64,000 bases of DNA from Candidatus Calescibacterium sp. Lineage in GTDB: Bacteria; Calescibacteriota; Calescibacteriia; Calescibacteriales; Calescibacteriaceae. The position numbers were made by a program, and so were the translations under genes. Under the pieces are notes generated by a model that did no database searches, was not told the DNA's origin, and saw nothing but the letters and a program-made list of their open reading frames with translations. Where the stretch lies: the NCBI GenBank assembly GCA_032249135.1, contig JAVVGL010000001.1, forward strand, positions 96,001 to 160,000, read 5' to 3'. The first letter of the stretch is position 1, and each line of letters starts with the position of its first letter. Shown piece after piece: positions 49,088 through 58,782 of this stretch.

Positions 49088-49990
49088 TTAAGATTCGTAT
49101 TCAAGTTTCCTTTTGAGCTCCTCCCTTTGCCTCATAAGCCAATACTCTCTTATAATTTTTCTATCGCCCTCCGATATTTCTGTGAATTGAAGACCAAGTC
49201 GGGTTTTCTTTTGCTCCCCATCACCTATAAACCTTACCTCCGCTTTCGTAGAAACTATTGCCCACTCATGTTTTTTCTGATTTTCCTTTGTTGGAAGCCT
49301 GAAAGATAACCTTACTATGTCCATCATCTTCACCCTATCCTTCGGGACTTCAACATCTAATCCCATCCCGTTTTCGTTTATATCTACCATATTGCCTTTG
49401 AATACGCCGCCCCATGGGAACTCAATATTTACCTCTATTGGCTCTGCGGGATTTGGCTTAACTCTGAAAGCGGACCTACCAGCCTTTCTTTCTATCTTTT
49501 CTGGGAAGGAAAAAATAAGAGATGTTTTGTATGTGCCTTTGAAGATTGACTCAAATGAATATTTACCAAAAGAGTCAGAATACTCAAACTCAACTTTATC
49601 TCCAACTTTCAACTTTTCCTTATATTTCGGATTTTCAAATTCTTTCATCAAAACTATATACTCTCCTCCCTTCGTCATTGCGACTTTTTCTACTGTGGTA
49701 AAGTAAGACCTTTCGTCCCCTGGGATTTTGGCTTTGAGTGGCAGTTGGTACTTAGCAAGCTCCTGGATATGTTTTATTCTTACTGGTTCTTTATGGAGCT
49801 CTTCAACATAAAAAAGTGCTACCTCTTTCTGTTCTGCTCCTTCTTGCATATTTATAATTTTATTAATTTTTTCTTTATTAATTTTTTCTTCTGAAATATT
49901 CTTTGCAAAAATCTTTTGGAAATTTTGTTTTTCATATTTTTTCTTTTCTTCTTCATCTTTTTTTCTTGCAAATAAACTTCCAAAAATCAT
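49088..49990 (-). CDS. PilZ-domain protein (YcgR-like flagellar brake)
   Basis: RSAFR (RxxxR), DINENG, GLQF; located near flgK/flgL. Confidence 0.8.
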   Translation of the reverse strand: MIFGSLFARKKDEEEKKKYEKQNFQKIFAKNISEEKINKEKINKIINMQEGAEQKEVALFYVEELHKEPVRIKHIQELAKYQLPLKAKIPGDERSYFTTVEKVAMTKGGEYIVLMKEFENPKYKEKLKVGDKVEFEYSDSFGKYSFESIFKGTYKTSLIFSFPEKIERKAGRSAFRVKPNPAEPIEVNIEFPWGGVFKGNMVDINENGMGLDVEVPKDRVKMMDIVRLSFRLPTKENQKKHEWAIVSTKAEVRFIGDGEQKKTRLGLQFTEISEGDRKIIREYWLMRQREELKRKLEYES

Positions 49991-50317
49991 GTTTTTTTCA
50001 CCTCCTTTCTATTTTATATCGTAATTATTGTTAAAAATATTTTCCAAATTTTCAAGATTTTTTCCTCAAATTTATTTTTTGATAAAGAAAAATCCATTAA
50101 TTTTTGTTTATTCTTTTATCAAAATTGATAAAATAGTTAGTAAAGCTAAATAACAATTTCAAGATTTGAATTTAAAAATCAGCTATGTACATTATGCATT
50201 TTTTATTTTTTATTATTTTATTATTTTTTATTCGGAAATTTTGAGAGTTCAATTTATTTATCTTTTTTCTTTTTTTGGAATTTTCATACCTTGAAACTTA
50301 TTTTACAATTTTTCTAT

Positions 50318-50665
50318 ATGAGAAAGATTGCTGATATATCCTCTGCTCTTTCTGATATTTTGAAAGAATACGATAAAGAAATTTGGGCTGAATTTGTAAT
50401 ATCAAATAACTGGAATAAAATAGCTGGTAAAAAGAGAAAAGCCTATTCTTTAAAGTTGCGAGGAGGAATACTGAGAATTTCAACTCCTGACTCAACTTTA
50501 CGCAATTTTCTCCTGAATCAGAAAAAACTTGTTTTAGATAAGATAAATGAAATACTCGGCGAGAAAATGGTGAATGATATAGAAGTTTTTGGAATCAGCC
50601 AACCCATTTTCAAGATGTTCTCACAAAAACTGAAAAGTAAAGAAAAAACAAAAGAAGGAGAGTAA
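50318..50665 (+). CDS. DUF721/DciA family protein
   Basis: WNKIAG...GILRISTPDS...LVLDKINEILG pattern; start at ATG 50318. Confidence 0.7.
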   Translation: MRKIADISSALSDILKEYDKEIWAEFVISNNWNKIAGKKRKAYSLKLRGGILRISTPDSTLRNFLLNQKKLVLDKINEILGEKMVNDIEVFGISQPIFKMFSQKLKSKEKTKEGE

Positions 50666-50828
50666 AAAAAGAATAAAGAATAAAAAAAGAATCAGGAAAG
50701 AAAAAATAAAGAAAAAATGGTAAATTCAAAAAGTGAAAGTATAGGTAAAAGAAAATAGAATGTAGAAAGAATGAATAGATAGGAAGAAGGAGAAGGAAAA
50801 GAAGAAGAAAAGGTGGAAGAAGAGGAAG

Positions 50829-51287
50829 ATGATGATGAAAATTTTCAGATGGATTGGATTTTTTATAGTTGAACTTTATATTGCGCTCAAAAATATTTTT
50901 GGCAAAGAAAAAGCTCTCAAAATTATGAAGAATTTTATGACCCTTTTAGGAAAGACAAGAGCCCCAGTGATGGCAAAAATCCTCAAGGTAAATCCATCAG
51001 ATATATCTTCTTTAACAAAAATACAAGATGCAGAAGATTTAATATTGGGAGTAAAAGGTATCTGGTCTGAAAGAGAAAAAAATCTAGCTATAAAAGATGA
51101 ACTTTTCTGTCCTTTTGCTCAGAAACTGAAAAGACACTCAGAATTTTGCCACATACTTGTGAAAGAGTTTGAAATAGCTACTTTTAGAACTCTCAATCCA
51201 AACTATGAATTAGAAATTGAGGGGAAACTTCTTTCAGATGGAGGGAAATATTGTAGATTTATTCACAAGATAAAACAAAGTAAATAA
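50829..51287 (+). CDS. ATC-hydrolase/V4R-like small protein
   Basis: CPFA...FC...LNP...LLSDGGKYCRF cysteine pattern. Confidence 0.6.
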   Translation: MMMKIFRWIGFFIVELYIALKNIFGKEKALKIMKNFMTLLGKTRAPVMAKILKVNPSDISSLTKIQDAEDLILGVKGIWSEREKNLAIKDELFCPFAQKLKRHSEFCHILVKEFEIATFRTLNPNYELEIEGKLLSDGGKYCRFIHKIKQSK

Positions 51288-51298
51288 CTTCTTTATCT

Positions 51299-53023
51299 AT
51301 GAATAAAATCGTAATCGGAGCGGATCACGCAGGTTTTGAGCTGAAAGAGAAAATAAAACTGTTTTTAAAAGAGAAAGGATTTGAAGTAGAAGATAAAGGA
51401 ACTTTCTCACACGATAGAGTTGATTATCCTGATTTTGCCCGTCTCGTCGCAGAAGATGTATCGTTGGGTAAAGCTGATCTAGGAATACTTGTGTGTGGTA
51501 CGGGAATAGGGATGAGTATAGTTGCGAACAAGTTCCCCAAAGTCAGAGCTGCCTTGATTTTCAACGAATACACTGCAAGAATGGCAAAAGCACACACAAA
51601 TGCAAATATACTTGTGTTTTCCGGAAGGGTTATATCACCAGAATATGCAAAGGTTTTGCTTTCTACTTTCCTTGAAACGAGTTTTGAAGGAAATCGCCAT
51701 CAAGAAAGAATAGAAAAAATAATTGATATAGAAAATGAAATATTGAACTCTTTCGCTTCCTATTTCAGAGAACTACGGAGATTTGATCCAGAAGTTTTTG
51801 ATGCAATAGTCAAGGAAGTAGAGAAACAGGAAACTATGATAAATCTTGTGGCTTCAGAAAATCTCACAAGTTTGAGAGTCCTTTCAGCTCTTTTTAATCC
51901 AATGAACAACAAATACGCAGAAGGCTATCCGGGGAAAAGATATTATGGAGGATGCGAGTTCGTTGATGTTGTTGAGGAATTAGCCCGAGAGCGAGTTAAA
52001 AAACTTTTTTCAGCAGAATATGCAAATGTGCAACCTCACTCGGGAACACAAGCTAACCAGGCGATTTATCTTATGTGCCTTGAACCGGGAGATAAGATTT
52101 TAAGTATGGATCTTGCTTCCGGGGGACATCTTTCTCACGGTGCTCGTGTTAATTTTTCTGGGAAGCTATATAAACCGGTCTTTTATACTGTCGACCGCAA
52201 AACCCATCTTATAGATATGGATATGGTCAGAGACATTGCTAAAAAAGAAAGACCGAAAATTATAGTTGCTGGTGCCTCATCTTACCCAAGAGCAATAGAT
52301 TTCAAAGCTTTTTCCGATATAGCAAAAGAAGTTGGAGCTTTCTTTCTGGCAGATATTGCTCACCCTGCTGGACTAGTTGCTGCAGGATTTTATCCTTCTC
52401 CTGTACCCTATGCTGATTTTGTCACATTCACAACGCACAAAACTTTGAGGGGACCAAGAGGTGCTGTAATTTTGTCTCGGTCCGAGTTTTCAAAGAAAAT
52501 AGATTCTGCTGTCTTCCCGGGCTCGCAAGGAGGCCCATTTATGCATGTTATAGCAGCAAAAGCTGTGTGCTTCAAAGAAGCTATGCAACCTGAATTCAAA
52601 AATTATGCAGAACAGGTAATAAAGAACGCCAAAGTTCTTGCTGATGAATTTATGAAAAGAGGTTATAAGGTTATAACAGGAGGAACAGATTCTCATATAG
52701 TCCTGATTGATGTGTCATCAAAAGGAGTATCAGGTGGGGATGTTGAGCGAGAACTATATAAAGCCGGTATAGTTTTGAATAAAAATGTTATACCTTTTGA
52801 CTCAAGACCTCCTATGAACCCATCTGGAATAAGAATAGGAACTCCTGCTGTTACAACGAGAGGAATGAAGGAAGAGGAAATGAGACAAATTGCTTCAATG
52901 ATAGATGAAGTGATATCTTCTGGTTTTTCAGAAGAAGTTATCTTGAAGGTGAGAAATTCCGTTGCAGAACTTTGTAGAAGGTTTCCATTTTATTCAGATT
53001 TCATACAAAAAGTCCTTTCATAG
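51299..53023 (+). CDS. glyA: Ribose-5-phosphate isomerase B fused to serine hydroxymethyltransferase
   Basis: RpiB GADHAG, DYPD, CGTGIG, RHQER; GlyA ASEN, NKYAEGYPGKRYYGG, TTHKTLRGPRG. Confidence 0.95.
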   Translation: MNKIVIGADHAGFELKEKIKLFLKEKGFEVEDKGTFSHDRVDYPDFARLVAEDVSLGKADLGILVCGTGIGMSIVANKFPKVRAALIFNEYTARMAKAHTNANILVFSGRVISPEYAKVLLSTFLETSFEGNRHQERIEKIIDIENEILNSFASYFRELRRFDPEVFDAIVKEVEKQETMINLVASENLTSLRVLSALFNPMNNKYAEGYPGKRYYGGCEFVDVVEELARERVKKLFSAEYANVQPHSGTQANQAIYLMCLEPGDKILSMDLASGGHLSHGARVNFSGKLYKPVFYTVDRKTHLIDMDMVRDIAKKERPKIIVAGASSYPRAIDFKAFSDIAKEVGAFFLADIAHPAGLVAAGFYPSPVPYADFVTFTTHKTLRGPRGAVILSRSEFSKKIDSAVFPGSQGGPFMHVIAAKAVCFKEAMQPEFKNYAEQVIKNAKVLADEFMKRGYKVITGGTDSHIVLIDVSSKGVSGGDVERELYKAGIVLNKNVIPFDSRPPMNPSGIRIGTPAVTTRGMKEEEMRQIASMIDEVISSGFSEEVILKVRNSVAELCRRFPFYSDFIQKVLS

Positions 53024-53063
53024 ATTTTTTCTTGAAATTTCTTATACTTTCTCTTAAATTTAT

Positions 53064-53561
53064 TCACTCGACTTCTTCCTTTATTCCTGATATTTCTCTA
53101 TGTCTTTCTAATATCTTGTGCGGATCAATAAGAGTTATTGAACCTCGCGGAGTATTTACTCTTCCTATTATTATTTCTCTGAACTTTATGCCCACTTTTG
53201 GTGCCTCAGATATTGAATTTGGAGATATAGTTTCAATAAAGACATTATCAGCAATCAAACATACTGGTGATACATCCTTCAAAGCCCTAACTATTATTCC
53301 TAATTTTTGGCTTATTTGTTCCTTTATTTCTCCTATTTCAAAGAAAGATAAAATATCAAATACTGGAACTATTTCTCCCCTGATATATATAAGTCCTTTT
53401 AGGTATTTTATATCAGAATGAACATACAAAATATCATCTGATAGTTTTATCACTTCTTCAAGGTATTCTATACCTAAGCCATATATTTCCTCTCCTACAC
53501 TTGCACATATTATCTTTATATCTTTCTGGAAAGATGGAAGAACTCTTAATTTTTCCCTCAT
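53064..53561 (-). CDS. CheW-like protein
   Basis: YGLGIEYLEEVI, GLIYIRGEIVPVFDI, CLIADNV; start at ATG 53561. Confidence 0.8.
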   Translation of the reverse strand: MREKLRVLPSFQKDIKIICASVGEEIYGLGIEYLEEVIKLSDDILYVHSDIKYLKGLIYIRGEIVPVFDILSFFEIGEIKEQISQKLGIIVRALKDVSPVCLIADNVFIETISPNSISEAPKVGIKFREIIIGRVNTPRGSITLIDPHKILERHREISGIKEEVE

Positions 53562-53615
53562 AAAATAAAATTTAAAAAAGAGATTCAATAAAAACTTGCA
53601 TATTAAAATAAAGTG

Positions 53616-54647
53616 ATGTCAAGAGAGGAAAAAGATGTAAGCGAAAAATATGAGGTTGCAACTTTGGCAGGTGGTTGCTTTTGGTGTCTTGATGAAGTAT
53701 TTGATAAAATAGAGGGAGTTATTGAAACAAAAGTTGGTTATGCAGGCGGATTTAAAGAGAATCCAACTTATGAAGAAGTTTGCTCAGGAACTACAGGACA
53801 TCTTGAAGCTATTCAAATAAAATTTGATCCAACTGTTTTATCTTACAAAGAAGTTCTTCTTATTTTCTTTATGAATATAGACCCACAAGATCCGGATGGT
53901 CAATTTGCAGATAGAGGTCCGCAGTACAGAACCGCTATTTTTTATCATAACGAGGAACAAAAATACATCGCAGAGGAAACAAAAAAGTACATCGAAAAAT
54001 TATTTGGATATGTTGCAACCGAAATAAGACCTTTTGTAAATTTCTATCCTGCCGAAGAATACCATCAAAAGTACTTCAAGAAAAATCCAATAAGGTACTG
54101 CCTTTATAAATTCTTTTCTGGAAGGGAAAATTTCGTAAAAAACATATGGGGAGATAAAATCTTTTTCAAGTTAAAGCAGCATCCAAAATATAAAAGACCA
54201 CCAGATGATCAGATAAAAAAACTATTGACCCCTTTACAGTACTATGTGACACAAGAAGGTGGAACAGAACCACCATTTGAAAATGAGTATTGGAATAACA
54301 AAGCTCCCGGAATATATGTTGATGTTGTGTCCGGAGAACCCTTATTTTCTTCTCTTGACAAATTTGACTCTGGAACTGGTTGGCCATCTTTTACAAAACC
54401 TCTTGAACCAGATAACATAATATATAAAGTTGATACAAGTTATGGGATGATAAGAATAGAGGTAAGAAGTAGATATGCAAATAGCCACTTGGGACATGTT
54501 TTTGACGATGGTCCTCCTCCAACTGGTTTGAGGTATTGTATAAATTCAGCTGCTTTGAGATTCATCCCACTTGAAAACCTTGAAAAAGAAGGATACGGAG
54601 AATATGTAAAACTCTTTGAAGAGAGAAGCAAAAATAAAAGCAAATAG
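53616..54647 (+). CDS. msrAB: Peptide methionine sulfoxide reductase MsrA/MsrB
   Basis: GGCFW, AEEYHQ, GTGWPSF, HLGHVF, RYCINS. Confidence 0.97.
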   Translation: MSREEKDVSEKYEVATLAGGCFWCLDEVFDKIEGVIETKVGYAGGFKENPTYEEVCSGTTGHLEAIQIKFDPTVLSYKEVLLIFFMNIDPQDPDGQFADRGPQYRTAIFYHNEEQKYIAEETKKYIEKLFGYVATEIRPFVNFYPAEEYHQKYFKKNPIRYCLYKFFSGRENFVKNIWGDKIFFKLKQHPKYKRPPDDQIKKLLTPLQYYVTQEGGTEPPFENEYWNNKAPGIYVDVVSGEPLFSSLDKFDSGTGWPSFTKPLEPDNIIYKVDTSYGMIRIEVRSRYANSHLGHVFDDGPPPTGLRYCINSAALRFIPLENLEKEGYGEYVKLFEERSKNKSK

Positions 54648-54657
54648 TTAGTAATAA

Positions 54658-55515
54658 ATGAATAACTATAATTATCATCAGCTTCACGATATTCTTGCAG
54701 TTACAGTCTCCTACAACAATTTTGAAGGTTTAAAATCTTTGTGTGAAAATCTTCTTTCCCAAAGTCTTAAACCTAAAAAAATTTTTGTTGTTGATAATGC
54801 GTCAGAAGATGATACGCCAAAGATAAAAGAGCTTTTTCCTGAATTTGTGATATATAAAAGACTTCCAAAAAACTTAGGAGCAGATGGTGGATATTACTAT
54901 GCTTTATCTTTTGCATATAAAATTTCCGACTTTATCTTTACAACAGATGATGACACTTTGTATCAGGAAGATGCCCTACATGAACTTTTTTTTGGTTTCT
55001 TGGAGCTTGAGAAAAAATTCTGTGTCGGAGCTGTAAGATGTGCATGGGAAGGATTTGAAGGAAATGAGCCGAAAGAGGTTTTCTCTTCTGTCTGGACAGG
55101 AGTTCTTTTTAAGTCAGCTGTTTTAAAAGTTGTTGGGTTTCCTCGCAAAGATTTTTTTATATATGGCGGGGATGATGAATTCTTTACAAGAATGACAAAA
55201 AAAGGCTTCAAATTTTTTCTTATTCCATCGGCAAAATATCTTTCAAGACCATCGCGACATAAAGCTCAATATTCTGTTTTTGGAAGAAAGATAAGTTTTT
55301 ACCCTGATGATTTCAGGCTTTACTATTCAATAAGAAACGAAACTTTCATATACTCGCGCATCAAAAGAAAAGACTTTCTAAAAGTTTTGAGGAGAATCTT
55401 AATCCTGTCTTTAATAATCAGAGATAAAAACAAAGTAAAAACTATCTTTGAGGGATTTTTTGATGGGATTTTTGGAATACTCGGAGAAAATAAAAAGTAC
55501 TCTACAAAAAGATAA
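54658..55515 (+). CDS. Glycosyltransferase family 2
   Basis: VVDNASED, NLGADGG, TDDD, FFIYGGDDEF, YYSIRN. Confidence 0.9.
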   Translation: MNNYNYHQLHDILAVTVSYNNFEGLKSLCENLLSQSLKPKKIFVVDNASEDDTPKIKELFPEFVIYKRLPKNLGADGGYYYALSFAYKISDFIFTTDDDTLYQEDALHELFFGFLELEKKFCVGAVRCAWEGFEGNEPKEVFSSVWTGVLFKSAVLKVVGFPRKDFFIYGGDDEFFTRMTKKGFKFFLIPSAKYLSRPSRHKAQYSVFGRKISFYPDDFRLYYSIRNETFIYSRIKRKDFLKVLRRILILSLIIRDKNKVKTIFEGFFDGIFGILGENKKYSTKR

Positions 55516-55535
55516 AAAGAAAAAAACTTTCATTT

Positions 55536-57320
55536 TCAAATATCAATCCTTACCTCATATATATAGAATTTTTTCGTTCTATATATCTCTTTTAGGAAAA
55601 ACTCAGATTCTGTTTTTTCCCTCTCCCTTATTACATATTTTACTTCAAACTTATTTATGAGTTCTTTTAGTTTATTTCTATCTAATTTTTCAAACTCTTC
55701 AAGAAATTTTTCTTGAATTTCTTTTTTATTTTGCGGTTTTTCTATCGGGATTCCTATCTCGCCCATGATTCCCCTGAGTTCATATATGGTTGGATTTTCT
55801 CTCAAAAGCTCAATATAATTTGCAACAATACTTTTTACTTCCTCCAAATCAAATCCTTGGAGTTTCATATCAACTATATTTCTTTCAAAAATTTCTCTAT
55901 CTCCTATGTAAGTGAAAATATATGTCTTTGGGTTAAGCTGTGGGATTAGAGTTTCTCTAAAAATTACAGCCGACAAATTTTTTGGTAATGATATGACTTC
56001 ATTTTCTTTTACTTTGGTTTTTATAAAATCTGAGATCTTATCATACTCACTTTTCAAAATAATTTGTTCTCTTACATGTTTCAAAGTTGCAACACTTTCA
56101 ATAAATATTTTTTCCGATGATACAAAGATTCCACAGAATAACGCTGGAACCACAAAGCTTATTGTCAAGTTTGCAGCTGGACTTACATAATCAAGAACAT
56201 TTTTCAATTTTGTCCTTGAAACTACATCATATATAGCAGAAAATATAGCTATAATAGAGAAAATGTAGAAAGCGTAATAAAAATGTCTTTCTTGTATTGT
56301 TATTTTTGTGATAGCGTTTTGATAACCTAAAATCAAACCAGAAATCAGGATAAAAAATAAAACTTTTCCTTTCCATCCCTTCCGCAAAAGATATGAGGCT
56401 GAAATTACACCTAAAACAATAATTACATAGTTTCTTTTTTCCTGAGCAAATTCAAATCTTTCCGCTCCAAACTTTGTAAAAAGAATAGCTCTCATCAACA
56501 TAGCCTCTGAGTTAGGGTTCTGTGTTTGAAGAAAATTAAATACGACTGCTGGTAAAGCTACAAAAAAAGCAATCAATGAAATTTGTATTAGCTCTTTTCT
56601 CTTTCCTTTTGAGAAAATAAGTAAAAGGAAGATAAAAAGTAGAGCATGTATATAGTAGTAAAATTGACCGTAAAAGTTCAAACCAAATATTATACCGCAA
56701 ATTATCTTTTCTTTAAAATTTAGATTTCTTTTGTCATCAATTCTTATGATAAAGTACACAAATAAAATAAAGAGTAAGATGAGAGGATTAGGATTAAATG
56801 CTCTGTGAATTATAAAACCAAAAAAAGCGGAGTGAGGAAAATTCATATCTCCTTGAGCAAATTTTAGAAGAGGAGAGACATTTAAGACTATGATGGAAAG
56901 TGTAAGAAAAGCAAAATGACTTTCTTCAATAAATCTTTTTATTACGGCAAATGTCAGCAGAGGTATAAATATAACTCCAAAAATTTTCAGGAAAACATTA
57001 ACATACGAAAAACTGTGGAAAATCTCATATACTGCTCTACAAAGGAGCAAAAATAGTGGCAAAGTAAAACATTTTTCATTTTTTACCTCACAAAACCCAC
57101 ATCCGTGTATAAAAATATTTATCCAGTTATCTTCATCTCCCGACATTGTGAAGGGGAAATCATACTTTATGACAAGATATAAATAGGGGAGAAATACGAG
57201 CGATGAGAAGGCAAGTAATCCTGCTATTTCGTAGAAGGAAAAAACTTTTCTACTTCTATTTTCTTGGACTAATTCTAATCTTGATTTCTTGTCTTTGACA
57301 GCTTTTTCCGTTATTCTCAC
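55536..57320 (-). CDS. Polytopic membrane protein (possible GT-C-fold glycosyltransferase)
   Basis: Many TM segments, acidic GDED loop after TM1, soluble C-terminus ending VKYVI...IYE. Confidence 0.6.
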   Translation of the reverse strand: MRITEKAVKDKKSRLELVQENRSRKVFSFYEIAGLLAFSSLVFLPYLYLVIKYDFPFTMSGDEDNWINIFIHGCGFCEVKNEKCFTLPLFLLLCRAVYEIFHSFSYVNVFLKIFGVIFIPLLTFAVIKRFIEESHFAFLTLSIIVLNVSPLLKFAQGDMNFPHSAFFGFIIHRAFNPNPLILLFILFVYFIIRIDDKRNLNFKEKIICGIIFGLNFYGQFYYYIHALLFIFLLLIFSKGKRKELIQISLIAFFVALPAVVFNFLQTQNPNSEAMLMRAILFTKFGAERFEFAQEKRNYVIIVLGVISASYLLRKGWKGKVLFFILISGLILGYQNAITKITIQERHFYYAFYIFSIIAIFSAIYDVVSRTKLKNVLDYVSPAANLTISFVVPALFCGIFVSSEKIFIESVATLKHVREQIILKSEYDKISDFIKTKVKENEVISLPKNLSAVIFRETLIPQLNPKTYIFTYIGDREIFERNIVDMKLQGFDLEEVKSIVANYIELLRENPTIYELRGIMGEIGIPIEKPQNKKEIQEKFLEEFEKLDRNKLKELINKFEVKYVIREREKTESEFFLKEIYRTKKFYIYEVRIDI

Positions 57321-57391
57321 GATAATATTTTACTTTTTTGAATTTTATTTTTGTTTGTAAAATATTTTTAAAATTTCCAGCTTATATAAAA

Positions 57392-58678
57392 ATGGGAACT
57401 TTTCACTTTTTGGTTCCAAATTTGGTTCTATTTATTGTACTTTCTCTTATTGCTACAAGAAGGATCGGGAAGTTTGAGCTGAAAATATGGCAAGTGATGA
57501 CAGCAGGGGCAGTTATAGTCATTCTTACTCAAAGTATATCTTTTGAAGATGCATTTTACGCAATAGATTTTGATGTGATGCTTTTCCTTTTCAGCATGTT
57601 TGTTATAGGAGCTGCTCTTGAATACGGAGGCTTGATGGATGATTTTATCAAATCTATATCAAGTAAAATAAGAAATCCTCACATCGTTTTGTTTTTCGTT
57701 ATTTTAGTTATGTCTCTATCTTCTGCTCTGCTTATGAATGATACTATTGCTGTTATAGGGACGCCAATTGTTCTTCGTATAGCCAAAAAGTATAATTTGC
57801 CAAAAAAAATTCTTTTGCTTTCGTTAGCTTTTTCGGTGACTTGCGGTAGTGTTATGAGTCCAATAGGTAATCCTCAAAACTTCATTATAGCAAATCATAT
57901 AAAAGATAAAAACCAATTTTTTGTATTTATCTGGTATCTTGCTTTACCTACGTTTATTAACATTTTTTTGACTTTCCTTTGGATTGAGCTTTTGCTGAAA
58001 AAAGGTGGTTTTGCAACAAAAGAATTTTTTAAAACAGAATTAGCTCAGGTTGTTCATCAAAGTTCAGATGAATACACTCATCAAAGAGATAAATCTCTTT
58101 ATTTCCTGTCAAAGATATCTTTGCTCTTTCTTTTATTTCTGATAATTTTAAGCGTTGTTCTTTCTTTTTTTGGTGTTAATTTGAAACTCGTTCATATCAC
58201 CTTGTTTTCTGCTCTACCTATTTTGCTTTTTTCAAAAAAGAGATTTTTTATATTGAGAAAAGTTGATTGGCATACTCTTTTATTTTTTGCTTCTATGTTT
58301 GTTTTGATGAAATCTGTGTGGCAAACTGGGCTACCTGAAAAAATTATAAAAGATTTGGGTGGGAACCTATTGACCTTGGAGGGAATTTTTGCTTTGAGCT
58401 TGATTTTAAGTCAAGTTTTTTCAAATGTTCCTCTTACCATGCTTTTTCTACCTATGATTGAGGGTGCTTCGGAAATTCATCTTATGGCTCTTGCGGCTGG
58501 AAGTACCATAGCAGGGAATTTATTTATACTCGGAGCTGCAAGCAATGTCATAATAATTCAAGGAGCCGAAAAGAGAGAAGGCGAAACAATTACATTTTTT
58601 GAATTCGCAAGGGCAGGAATTCCACTAACAATGATAAATTCTTTGGTATACTACATTTTTTTAGTAGCTTGTTGTTAA
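57392..58678 (+). CDS. ArsB/NhaD (ion transporter superfamily) permease
   Basis: SALLMNDT, GSVMSPIGNPQN, SQVFSNVP, STIAGNLFILGAASNVII. Confidence 0.88.
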   Translation: MGTFHFLVPNLVLFIVLSLIATRRIGKFELKIWQVMTAGAVIVILTQSISFEDAFYAIDFDVMLFLFSMFVIGAALEYGGLMDDFIKSISSKIRNPHIVLFFVILVMSLSSALLMNDTIAVIGTPIVLRIAKKYNLPKKILLLSLAFSVTCGSVMSPIGNPQNFIIANHIKDKNQFFVFIWYLALPTFINIFLTFLWIELLLKKGGFATKEFFKTELAQVVHQSSDEYTHQRDKSLYFLSKISLLFLLFLIILSVVLSFFGVNLKLVHITLFSALPILLFSKKRFFILRKVDWHTLLFFASMFVLMKSVWQTGLPEKIIKDLGGNLLTLEGIFALSLILSQVFSNVPLTMLFLPMIEGASEIHLMALAAGSTIAGNLFILGAASNVIIIQGAEKREGETITFFEFARAGIPLTMINSLVYYIFLVACC

Positions 58679-58782
58679 AATGAAAGTTGGTAAAACAAAA
58701 ATTCTGTGATTTCAAATTTCATATCATTTCAAAGTATTGATATGGTGTTTTTTGACCCTCCAAAACTTCTCCCAATTGATAA

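Noticed and set aside
49991-50300. Long intergenic gaps examined for tRNA/ncRNA (also 10747-10895, 25542-25898, 27162-27422)
   Set aside because: Very AT-rich with no GC-rich stems or tRNA T-loop motif; structured RNA is unlikely in a probable thermophile.
50666-50828. Almost purine-only intergenic tract (also 4240-4325)
   Set aside because: Low complexity matching the window-wide purine skew; no repeat unit or structure.
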